From: a virus
Lineage: Duplodnaviria; Caudoviricetes
DNA length: 64,000 bases
Strand: one strand, 5' to 3'
Virus record (IMG/VR): IMGVR_UViG_3300036985_003382
Span: 2,166 to 66,165 of that record
The notes beneath the pieces are model-generated. The model made no database searches. It saw only the letters and a program-made list of their open reading frames with translations, and was not told where the DNA came from. This document shows, in pieces, positions 25,883 to 35,053 of the stretch. A program made the position numbers and the translations under genes. How positions within the stretch are numbered: position 1 is the first letter of the stretch; each line of letters begins with the position of its first letter.

Positions 25883-26530
25883 ATGAATCTAGGTCAAATT
25901 AAACAGAAAGTCAGAATGATGGGCCGACATTATTTCGGTTCTGAATCCGATCGTGATCCATTTGGCCTAGAGCATGTTATTTTTGAGTCGGCCAATCAAA
26001 TAGCCAGAAAGACTGACTGTTTGGTTGGTCGGCGATACCTTGACGTTGTTGCTGGAACATCTGATTACTGTGCTCCAGACATTTACAAAATTCGTGTATT
26101 AAAAGCAAAAGATGACAGTGGTGATTACTTTCAGCCAAATCTGCTTTCATATAGTAATCAAATGGTTGATGAGTATAGATATAGAACACCTCAATCAGTT
26201 CCAGACGCCATTGTTATTCGCGGTATGAATGCAATTATTCTTTACCCAACTCCATCTGTAGCAGTGACGCAAGGACTTTTAGTAGAAGGTTATTCACAAC
26301 CCGGTACGTATTGGGCATACGACTCAAACGGTGCAGCTGTACCAAATACAGACGCAACAGAATGCCCATTACCAGACGTTGCACATGATTGCCTTGTGTA
26401 CTGCACCTTATACATGAGAGCATTGCAGATGCGAGATGCTGACGGATTACAGTTATTTAAAACAGAATACCTAGATAGATTAGGCGCTGTTGAATCATTT
26501 GCTGCTACATACGCAAGGAGAGCTGTCTAA
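25883..26530 (+). CDS. head-tail adaptor protein
   Basis: MNLGQIKQKVR start, LYPTPS, LPDVAHDCLVY: podovirus adaptor pattern. Confidence 0.7.
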   Translation: MNLGQIKQKVRMMGRHYFGSESDRDPFGLEHVIFESANQIARKTDCLVGRRYLDVVAGTSDYCAPDIYKIRVLKAKDDSGDYFQPNLLSYSNQMVDEYRYRTPQSVPDAIVIRGMNAIILYPTPSVAVTQGLLVEGYSQPGTYWAYDSNGAAVPNTDATECPLPDVAHDCLVYCTLYMRALQMRDADGLQLFKTEYLDRLGAVESFAATYARRAV

Positions 26531-27240
26531 TGGCTGTTAGTTTTTCAGACTTGCGATATGAAACGCTCCGTCTTTTAAATGAAACAAATCTTTCAGTAGT
26601 GGGCGAAATTGCCACAGGCAATGGAGCCACTGGTGTAGGTAGTGCCACATATACAATTTCTTCTGATGAAGGTTTACTCGATTTTTTAATTGAAGGCGCA
26701 AATGAAATGTGCCGTTCGTGCTGCTATCAAACAGCAACCGTTGCGTTAACCACGTCAATAGCACGTGTTAGAACTTACGCTGACACCGTTATTTGGTTTC
26801 CGCAAATTGCATCTATTGGTGGCACAGCACTAATACATACTGGTGAACCAGAGCTATACGCTTACGACACATCCTATACTTTGACAACTGGGACACCAAC
26901 GCATTGGTTTAGATCTGGTCCATATGACATTGGGCTATACAAGACACCGACGTCTACTGTTATCGTAACACTAACTGGAGCTAGTACACCTACTGCAATT
27001 CTAACAGGCAGTGGAACGTACAGTTTTGCACCAGATGACATCTTATTAAAAGCACTACCATGCTATGCAGCATCCAAGCTTGCGTTAAAGAACTTTGATG
27101 ACCCATCGTTAGTTGGTAGGTCGTTTTGGAAAGATTGGTACGATATGTCAAGGCTTACGCTTTGGCAGCAATTGGATAATTCATTAAAGATGTCTGGTGG
27201 CCCATTTGCAGTTCCTCCCGTTCAGTTAGGTGGTAAGTGA
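26530..27240 (+). CDS. second adaptor-like / tail tubular protein
   Basis: FSDLRYETLRLLNE, GTPTHWF, IGLYKTP; similar pattern to the preceding gene. Confidence 0.6.
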   Translation: MAVSFSDLRYETLRLLNETNLSVVGEIATGNGATGVGSATYTISSDEGLLDFLIEGANEMCRSCCYQTATVALTTSIARVRTYADTVIWFPQIASIGGTALIHTGEPELYAYDTSYTLTTGTPTHWFRSGPYDIGLYKTPTSTVIVTLTGASTPTAILTGSGTYSFAPDDILLKALPCYAASKLALKNFDDPSLVGRSFWKDWYDMSRLTLWQQLDNSLKMSGGPFAVPPVQLGGK

Positions 27241-27524
27241 TGGATAAGTTTCAAATTGATTTAAACACGCTGCTTGCTGGATTTGTTGGTTCCCTGATAG
27301 GCACTGACTGGAAGAGAGTCAAGAATGTAATCCAAGGGGCTATCACAGTCTTGTCTGGTACAGCATCTGCAATTTACTTGACCCCTATGGTTGCTAAACA
27401 AATTGGATGGGAGCAACCCCATCAAATGATTGGCTTATCCTTTCTGCTTGGCACACTTGGTCTTAGAACTGTTCAAGCTTTTAACATCCTTATTGAGAAG
27501 GCTCTTAAGAAGGTTAGTGAGTAG
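27237..27524 (+). CDS. holin
   Basis: 95 aa, 2-3 hydrophobic segments (LAGFVGSLIG; SAIYLTP; SFLLGTLGL), charged C-terminus. Confidence 0.7.
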   Translation: MMDKFQIDLNTLLAGFVGSLIGTDWKRVKNVIQGAITVLSGTASAIYLTPMVAKQIGWEQPHQMIGLSFLLGTLGLRTVQAFNILIEKALKKVSE

Positions 27525-28679
27525 ATGGCTCTAACAGAAATTGACTTTCTGTATCCTCGCGTCATCATGCCTCAAGGTGGTGCTATTACTGCTGCTACAA
27601 ACATTGCAATAAACGGTACTGGAGACATACAAGTATGGATCTGTCAAGCAGACGAAGACATGACCATAACTGCTGTAGGGTGTCATGTTACTACTAGGAC
27701 TGGCAGCCCCGGCAACACAGCTACTGGCTTGCGATTGGGTATTACGTATATTAATCCAACGACAGGTTTTCCAACAACATCACCTACACCCACATGGGCA
27801 AACGCTACATTTAGTGGTGCAGCTGGAACCGCTTATCAGGAGTTTAATGCCACGACCGGCATTACGCAGAACCAAAATTTAATTGCTACATTAACAACAC
27901 CAGTAACAATTACAAGAGGAACTGTATTCGGTATTTGTGCTGACGCTAATGCTGGTACGTGGGCTGCTGGAAATGACTTTATAAATATACGTACAGGATT
28001 TGTATCTACGTATCCATCATATAACTTTCCATACAGTACTGGGATTCTTACTAGTGGTACTAATGTTGACAACACCGTAGACTGCCCAACCTTTTTATAC
28101 AGGTCATCGACTAAGACCTACGGGCAGCCATATGAAACAGTAGCTTCATTAAACAATAACAGTGGGTCTACGCCAGATGAGTACGGAATGTACTTTAGGT
28201 TTCCAACTGGCACTGCTAGTTCTTACCAGATTTCTGGAATTAGATTAGGTTGTTTAGTAGCAGCTAACTTTGATGTCATTCTTTACGGCACAGATGGAAC
28301 GACAGTTTTAGCATCTGTTACAGCAGACGTTGATATTCAAAATCAAACAACTCATGGTGTATATAATTATCTCTTTACTGGAACAACGCTACCAACATTA
28401 ACAGCTGGATCGTATTACAGGTTAGTTGTGCGTCCTTCCACTGGTACAGCTATGGGGCCTGTGCAGTATTTTACGTTTAGGACAGATGCTGATAAGACTG
28501 CTATTCTTGGCTCTGCTGACGATGTTCAATACACATCACGTACCAATGCTGGTGCATGGACACAAGACACTAACCGTTTGTTTGCTATGCAAGCAATAGT
28601 TGTTACTCTTGATCAAGGTACTGGATCGGCTGGTGGTATGTTAGTTCATCCCGGTATGACTGGCGGAATGAGAGGCTAA
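27525..28679 (+). CDS. virion structural / receptor-binding protein
   Basis: Thr/Gly-rich beta protein in the tail cluster. Confidence 0.6.
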   Translation: MALTEIDFLYPRVIMPQGGAITAATNIAINGTGDIQVWICQADEDMTITAVGCHVTTRTGSPGNTATGLRLGITYINPTTGFPTTSPTPTWANATFSGAAGTAYQEFNATTGITQNQNLIATLTTPVTITRGTVFGICADANAGTWAAGNDFINIRTGFVSTYPSYNFPYSTGILTSGTNVDNTVDCPTFLYRSSTKTYGQPYETVASLNNNSGSTPDEYGMYFRFPTGTASSYQISGIRLGCLVAANFDVILYGTDGTTVLASVTADVDIQNQTTHGVYNYLFTGTTLPTLTAGSYYRLVVRPSTGTAMGPVQYFTFRTDADKTAILGSADDVQYTSRTNAGAWTQDTNRLFAMQAIVVTLDQGTGSAGGMLVHPGMTGGMRG

Positions 28680-28680
28680 C

Positions 28681-29901
28681 ATGAGTAAACGATGGATTAA
28701 ATCTGGCTCAACTTCTCAGACCATAGATATCTTTGTGTTGAACTCATCAAGTACAGTTGGAGCTGGTTTAACTGGATTAGTATTTAACTCAGCTGGTCTA
28801 AGTTGTTACTACCGTAAAGGCGCGTTAGGAGCTGCAACACCAGTCACGCTGGCTACTCTTGCGTTAATTACAACACCATGGGCAACTGGTGGATTTAAAG
28901 AAGTAGATGCTTCAACTATGCCCGGCCTCTATAGATTTGATATACCTAATGCTGCATTAGATACCGCTGGTATAACTGTTATCTATTTTAAAGGAGCAAC
29001 CAACATGGCTCCTGTTGTGCTTGAGATTGAAGTTGTAGCAGTTGATGTGTTTGACGGCGTACGAATGGGGTTGACCTCACTTCCAAACGCTGTTGCTGGC
29101 GCACTTAATGGTGTTCCGCTATCAGTTGCTGCGGGTGGTGCTGTAAACACGTTGCAGATCAACGGTACTGCACAGACAGCTCGTGACATTGGTGCATCTG
29201 TATTGCTTTCTCCGGGTACTGGAACAGGTCAGTTATCCTTGTCCGCAGGTGCCGTAACCGTAGGCACAAACAACGATAAGGGTTCTTACTCATTAACTAC
29301 ATCGCAGACGTTTAATACGACTGGAAGCGTTGGTTCAGTGACTAGTGCATTAGGTGCAGCTGCTATTCAGTCTATATGGGATCGGCCAACAACTAACCTT
29401 ACAGTATTAACCTCTGTTGGAAAATTACTAGTAGACAACTTAAACGCTACGGTTTCTTCACGATCAACGCTTGTAGCCACTGATGTCTGGTCAGCAACAA
29501 CCAGAACGATAACTGGCAACGGTGATAAGACTGGCTATTCATTAGCAACCGCTCCTCCTACTGCTGCTGCAATTGCAGATGCAGTGTGGGACGAAGTTTT
29601 ATCAGGTCATTTAACTGCTGGTACAACAGGTCTAGCGTTGAATTCTACTTCGACAGGAACTGCTCCAACTGCAATACAAATAGCGGACGCTATACTTAAT
29701 AGAAAGTTAGACAGTACTGGTAGTGGAACGGACACATTAGACGAACGAACTGTGCGATCTGCTATGCGAGCAATGCGTAATAAAGTCTCTGTAGCCACTG
29801 GTACTATGACTGTATACAAAGAGGATGACTCAACTGTTGCATGGAATGGAACAGTAAGTAACACGTCAGATGTAACGGTTGATCCTACAGGAGGTGCATA
29901 A
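28681..29901 (+). CDS. tail fibre/spike-associated protein
   Basis: GSVGSV and IADAVWDE motifs; C-terminus paralogous to 31237-32073. Confidence 0.65.
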   Translation: MSKRWIKSGSTSQTIDIFVLNSSSTVGAGLTGLVFNSAGLSCYYRKGALGAATPVTLATLALITTPWATGGFKEVDASTMPGLYRFDIPNAALDTAGITVIYFKGATNMAPVVLEIEVVAVDVFDGVRMGLTSLPNAVAGALNGVPLSVAAGGAVNTLQINGTAQTARDIGASVLLSPGTGTGQLSLSAGAVTVGTNNDKGSYSLTTSQTFNTTGSVGSVTSALGAAAIQSIWDRPTTNLTVLTSVGKLLVDNLNATVSSRSTLVATDVWSATTRTITGNGDKTGYSLATAPPTAAAIADAVWDEVLSGHLTAGTTGLALNSTSTGTAPTAIQIADAILNRKLDSTGSGTDTLDERTVRSAMRAMRNKVSVATGTMTVYKEDDSTVAWNGTVSNTSDVTVDPTGGA

Positions 29902-30122
29902 TGACAACTGTTTTAAAAAATGTTGAGTACATTCGTGTAACATCTCCTGTTCCAAACTGGATCATTAAGGCAGATGTGTATGACACGGAAGGCAACAAGG
30001 TTGCTGACTTTGGGCCAGATGGAACAGATATCAATGGCTGGTGGAACAGTCAGCCGGAAAACTTTCAACTTGACATTCTCGGTATGTTTATTACATACAT
30101 CAAAGATGACGTGACTCCGTAA
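29901..30122 (+). CDS. small hypothetical protein (possible fibre chaperone)
   Basis: 73-aa ORF, TAATG-coupled on both sides. Confidence 0.6.
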   Translation: MTTVLKNVEYIRVTSPVPNWIIKADVYDTEGNKVADFGPDGTDINGWWNSQPENFQLDILGMFITYIKDDVTP

Positions 30123-31240
30123 TGGCTACGTACTACGTAAGGACTCCGGCAAACGGAGGTAGCGATGCAGCGGCTGGTACTAGTACTACCACTGCTTGGG
30201 CTACGTTTACTAAAGCCTTTTCGGCATCTGGATTTACAAGCGGTGACACTGTGTACGTAGAACCCGGTGTGTATCGCGAAACAGTGACAGCGCTAAACAC
30301 ATCCCCTACTACACGCGCTTTTGTAATTGGTGATTACGATGGTGCTATTTTTGGGACAAAGGGTGAAGTTAGGTGGTCAGGTTATCTAACCTCTGATGAT
30401 GCAGCATCGGCTGGCGTAACCCTATTAGCCATGAACAACAGAGATAACATCACTATTCGTGGAATCAGGATGGAAAATGCGTCTCGGTGTATTGATATAC
30501 CGTCCGGATCAATCAACATTGACGTTGAAGATTGTGTGCTAATCAATGGCAGCCAAGGAACTATCGCGATTTCATCTGGTGCCAGTGTTGCGACAGGATG
30601 CAATATTAGGCGGTGTATTATTCACACCATTCAAGACTGCTTACTCATTGCTCCCAACTTTGGTGGTGGTAGTGATTGGTCTTTAAATCTAGCCATAGAA
30701 AACTGTGTTTTGCATTCTATGCAACAACGTGCAATTTTTGTTGGCACTGGTTCAGGCACACTTCGTGTAGCATCTGGCGTAACAATTACAAACTGCACTA
30801 TGACTGCACCTACCGGTATTGCCGTTGCTGCTGGCCGCTACGCTACAAACGGCGTAACTGTTACAAACTCTCTGTTCTATCTTTGTGCCACTGGTATATC
30901 TGCTGGAACAACTGGTCAAGTTACAGAAGATTACAACAGGTTTGCAATGTGTTCGACACCAACAACTAACATAGCAACTAACGGTGCTAACACAAACCTA
31001 GTGGGTAACTTAAATATTGATATGGGTATGTCATTCCTGTTTGACTACACTCCTCGAATGCCTTGGTATATGCCATACGTTGCCAATGTTATTAACGGCG
31101 ATGGTACTGCTACAGGTGCGCCGACTAATGACGTTCATAGTACTACTCGTCCAAACCCACCATCGATTGGTGCATCAGAGCAGACTACGCTGTACACATC
31201 AGGAGTTGCAGCCAACCCTCTTGGAGGTTACGTAGGATGA
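30122..31240 (+). CDS. right-handed parallel beta-helix (pectin-lyase-like) tailspike candidate
   Basis: ATYYV..., GDTVYVEPGVYRE, repeated (I/V)xNC beta-helix rungs, SIGA end motif. Confidence 0.75.
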   Translation: MATYYVRTPANGGSDAAAGTSTTTAWATFTKAFSASGFTSGDTVYVEPGVYRETVTALNTSPTTRAFVIGDYDGAIFGTKGEVRWSGYLTSDDAASAGVTLLAMNNRDNITIRGIRMENASRCIDIPSGSINIDVEDCVLINGSQGTIAISSGASVATGCNIRRCIIHTIQDCLLIAPNFGGGSDWSLNLAIENCVLHSMQQRAIFVGTGSGTLRVASGVTITNCTMTAPTGIAVAAGRYATNGVTVTNSLFYLCATGISAGTTGQVTEDYNRFAMCSTPTTNIATNGANTNLVGNLNIDMGMSFLFDYTPRMPWYMPYVANVINGDGTATGAPTNDVHSTTRPNPPSIGASEQTTLYTSGVAANPLGGYVG

Positions 31241-32073
31241 GTAAATACCTTGGTGATTACGCAGCTGGTGGAATCATCGACTTTAAGTTTACTACGTTTC
31301 GCCCATCATCTGGTGCAACGTTTACGTTTGCTGGGTCACCTGTTATCTCGGTGTATAAAGATAACAGTGCCACACAAAGTACAGCGGGTGTAACTCTTAC
31401 TGCTGATTTTGATTCAGTAGCCGGATTAAATCATGTTAGGATTGACACCTCTGCTGATGCGTTCTACGCAAACGGTAGCTCTTTTGAATGCGTTATAACA
31501 ACAGGAACTGTAGATACAGTTAGCGTTGTTGGTTCCTGTGTCGGTCGTTTTACACTCCGCAATCAGGCTTACTTATACTCAACATCACCCGGACGGACTC
31601 TTGATGTAAGCACTGGTGGTGAAGCTGGATTAGACTGGGCTAACGTTGGATCTCCGACAACTACAGTTGGATTAACAGCAACAACTATAGCCACATCACA
31701 ACAGATAACGTCTGTATCTGGTTCCGTCGGATCTGTTGGTACTGGCGGAATTACATCATCGTCATTTGCTTCTGGGGCTATTGACTCTACTGCTATAGCC
31801 ACAGGTGCAATTACAAGTAGTGAGTTAGCATCATCAGCTTTAGGCGCTATTGCTGATGCTATACTTGCAAGGAAGCTCGATAGTTCTGGTAACGAAACGT
31901 CTACGACGGCTAGTGAACGAACTGTGAGAAACGCATTGCGCGTATTGCGCAATAAGGTTGATGCTACTAGTGGTACGGCACTAAACGTATACGATGAAGC
32001 AGATACAACCATCATCTGGTCAATGGCTATTGTAACTAGCTCAGCGGCCTATCCAATTACGAAAGTGGGATAA
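31237..32073 (+). CDS. tail fibre/spike-associated protein, paralog of 28681-29901
   Basis: IADAILARKLDSSG...ERTVRNALRVLRNKV matches IADAILNRKLDSTG...ERTVRSAMRAMRNKV. Confidence 0.65.
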   Translation: MSKYLGDYAAGGIIDFKFTTFRPSSGATFTFAGSPVISVYKDNSATQSTAGVTLTADFDSVAGLNHVRIDTSADAFYANGSSFECVITTGTVDTVSVVGSCVGRFTLRNQAYLYSTSPGRTLDVSTGGEAGLDWANVGSPTTTVGLTATTIATSQQITSVSGSVGSVGTGGITSSSFASGAIDSTAIATGAITSSELASSALGAIADAILARKLDSSGNETSTTASERTVRNALRVLRNKVDATSGTALNVYDEADTTIIWSMAIVTSSAAYPITKVG

Positions 32074-32078
32074 GAGAA

Positions 32079-32546
32079 ATGCCAACAACAACAGCTATGA
32101 CGAACAACCTAGAAGCAGAGTTGCTTAATACAACACTGCGTGGAGTGGCTAGGACTGCAACTGGTGGAGCAACTTTATACATTGCTTTGATGACTAACGT
32201 AACATCTGACGGATCACTTGCAGAAAATGCATCTGGTGCTGGTTACACTACAAGAATCACAATGACACCAACAACATCACAATGCTTTGGCGTTGGTGGC
32301 GTTGCGGCTACGGCTGCTTCTGCTGGAAGCGCTGGCTTAAGTAACTGTAATGCTGTTACATTTACAGCCGGTGGAACGATTACTATTGCTGGTATTGCAG
32401 TATGTACATCAGCAACTATCAGTGGTGCTGCGTCAGGCGATGCAACAATTCTTTATTATGGAGATATCACTGGTGGTAGCGTAACACTTGGTAGTACCCA
32501 GACGATTACATTTGCTGCTAACAATATTACTATAAGCCTCGAATAA
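32079..32546 (+). CDS. small virion structural protein
   Basis: MTNNLEAELLN...LYIALMT...ITFAANNITISLE pattern of phage tail/collar proteins. Confidence 0.65.
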   Translation: MPTTTAMTNNLEAELLNTTLRGVARTATGGATLYIALMTNVTSDGSLAENASGAGYTTRITMTPTTSQCFGVGGVAATAASAGSAGLSNCNAVTFTAGGTITIAGIAVCTSATISGAASGDATILYYGDITGGSVTLGSTQTITFAANNITISLE

Positions 32547-35053
32547 TGCCGATCATATCGCTTGGCTATGTAGGCATAGCTTTTATAGCGGTAAGGCTGG
32601 GTGCACCGATTGGCGGATTGCCAGTTACAAATGCATCCAGCCTTTCTGGGTTTGCCACAGTTGTTTCTGCTGCTGTATTAGGTGCTTCTACATCTAATAG
32701 CGCCAAAGCAACAATGTCGGTTACGCCGTCAATTTCTGTTGCATCTAATAGTTCAGCACGAGCTACAACATCAACTACATCAACACAGTTAGATGTATTT
32801 TCATCTATCCCATCTGCTTTAGGTTTTGCTACATTTACCGCAAATGCAGTTCGACCTATAGCAACTACTGCATCTGGGTTTGCAACTGTAACAGTATCGG
32901 CATTCTTTCCACGAACTACATTAACTAGTAGTAGCGCTACATTTTCATCGTCAGTAATCTATTCCGTAGCATCATTAGAATCTAGTAATGCTACGCTAAC
33001 ATCTTCTGCATCAATTAATACAGATGCTGAAACAGACACATTTGCCAATGCATTGTTTACTAGTAATGCATCCCAGTTTATTGCTGCTGCTACTAGTGGT
33101 AACGCTACATTATCTGCATCCGTTAACTATTCTTTACAGTCATCAACATCTGGATACGCCGAACTAGTTGCTTCATCAGAAACAAACATAGCTGCATCAA
33201 GCTCTATGTCTGCAAACGCCACTTTAGATAGCAGTGCAACGCAACTTATATCAGCTACAGTATCTAGTCAAGCAACTTTATCCAGCGATATAACTAGACT
33301 TGGAGTTGTAACAACTTCAGCTAAGGCAACAGCTACTAGCAATGCTTTGCAGACTGCATCTGTTAACTCTAGTAGTAATGCGACAGTTTCCAATAGCATA
33401 AATAGACCTGCGCAAACGGTGGCATCTGGCTTTGCAACAGTTTCCAGCGCAGTTTTAATTTCAGGTTCTGTAACGAGCACTGCTAATGCTACTCTTTCAA
33501 CTGGTGTTGTCCGGGATGTTGTCACTTCAACTAATAGCAGAGCTGAATTCAGTAGTTCTGCATTACGATCTATAGCAACTGCAACATCTGCGTTTGCTAC
33601 AACAAGCAGTAATGTAGTATTCCTAGCCTCTACGTCTACAACCAGTAATGCATCGCTTTCTAGTTCTGTCTCATATGCGGTTACGAATACTACATCTGCA
33701 AGAGCAACACTTTCATCTTCTGTTGATAGAAACGCTGCAGTTAATACATCTGCATTTGCATCTGTAACTGTTGGTGCACAACAAGGCAGAACTACAACCG
33801 CGTCCGGATTTGCAGAACTTGCAGCAAATGCGCAAAGGCAAAGTGCAACTTTAACATCAGCAAATGCTTCTTTTGCATCTACTGTAACGTTACCAAGATC
33901 AACATCTCCGTCCACAACTACAACACTATCAAGCTCTGCAACAATATCAATAGGTGTAAATACATCAGGTTTTGCTACTCAAACATCTGCAATACAGAGA
34001 TCTGCTTCAACTACAACTAGTGGTTTTGCTACTGCAACTGTAACTCCGATAGGTTCGGCGGCAGTTAATTCATCTGGATTTGCAACTTTAACTGCAAACA
34101 TCACACTGCTAAAGACTACTAATACTAGTGCGTTTGCTACAGTTCAATCGTCTATATCTCAAGATGTATCATCTGAACTTTTTGCTAATGCTACAGTTGC
34201 ATCTAACGTAACACGTCCAGTTACTACGACTACTTCTGGATTTGCAACAACAGAAACCATTCGTTCGATAGGTACAAGTAGCTCACTCTCCGGTCAAGCA
34301 ACTGTATCCGTTAATGTAGAGAGACCGTCTACAGTATTAACTAGTGGTAATGCGTCATTATCTAGTAACTCACTAAGAACTGCACAGTCATTAATTTCTG
34401 CTAATGCCACAAGTGTTGTAGCGAATGCAATCATATCTGCAAGGTCATCCCAGTCTGGCTTTGCTACACTAGAATCCTTAGCTACTTTTGCAATATTTCG
34501 TGCAGTTGACATGTCTAGTAATGCAACACTTGTTGCTGGAACATCGCCGATAGAGTTATTAAGCACTCTAAGTTCTAGCGCAACAATGAGTGTTATTGCT
34601 GGGCAATTATGTGCTTGTCCAGACTGGCAAACTATATATGATCTATCTTGCGGATGGATTAATTCTCAGCAAAGTTGCGTGACTGTACAGCAACTTCCGT
34701 TTCCGTTTACGATACCTGTATTTCGTTTATATGATTTAGCTCGTACAAGTTCATCAAAAAAGTTTGCTGCTACACTTACTACAACGTATACGTATTCACT
34801 TATAAATACTGTGGCGTATCGTTATCCGTCAACATCTGTATATTTATTTAAAACCGATGGTAGTTTAGTTCCGTCATGGGATTCGTCTGGATCAATGACA
34901 TCAGCGTTTATCCACAAAAACATTTTGCACACTTGCAATTATCAGATTGGTGTGGCACCTAATGTACAATACGATGTAGAAAACGTAACTGTAAACGCAT
35001 TTAGCAACGGCAATGTTGTAGCGTCTGGCTGGTCACGAAAAGGGTGTTCGTAA
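32546..35053 (+). CDS. Ser/Thr/Ala-rich 18-residue repeat fibre protein
   Basis: Recurring S-[GA]-[FN]-A-T at mostly 18-aa spacing. Confidence 0.7.
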   Translation: MPIISLGYVGIAFIAVRLGAPIGGLPVTNASSLSGFATVVSAAVLGASTSNSAKATMSVTPSISVASNSSARATTSTTSTQLDVFSSIPSALGFATFTANAVRPIATTASGFATVTVSAFFPRTTLTSSSATFSSSVIYSVASLESSNATLTSSASINTDAETDTFANALFTSNASQFIAAATSGNATLSASVNYSLQSSTSGYAELVASSETNIAASSSMSANATLDSSATQLISATVSSQATLSSDITRLGVVTTSAKATATSNALQTASVNSSSNATVSNSINRPAQTVASGFATVSSAVLISGSVTSTANATLSTGVVRDVVTSTNSRAEFSSSALRSIATATSAFATTSSNVVFLASTSTTSNASLSSSVSYAVTNTTSARATLSSSVDRNAAVNTSAFASVTVGAQQGRTTTASGFAELAANAQRQSATLTSANASFASTVTLPRSTSPSTTTTLSSSATISIGVNTSGFATQTSAIQRSASTTTSGFATATVTPIGSAAVNSSGFATLTANITLLKTTNTSAFATVQSSISQDVSSELFANATVASNVTRPVTTTTSGFATTETIRSIGTSSSLSGQATVSVNVERPSTVLTSGNASLSSNSLRTAQSLISANATSVVANAIISARSSQSGFATLESLATFAIFRAVDMSSNATLVAGTSPIELLSTLSSSATMSVIAGQLCACPDWQTIYDLSCGWINSQQSCVTVQQLPFPFTIPVFRLYDLARTSSSKKFAATLTTTYTYSLINTVAYRYPSTSVYLFKTDGSLVPSWDSSGSMTSAFIHKNILHTCNYQIGVAPNVQYDVENVTVNAFSNGNVVASGWSRKGCS

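Noticed and set aside
33268-33915. 215-aa antisense ORF and similar antisense ORFs within large late genes
   Set aside because: Shadow frames caused by Ser/Thr/Ala codon bias; no RBS or motifs.
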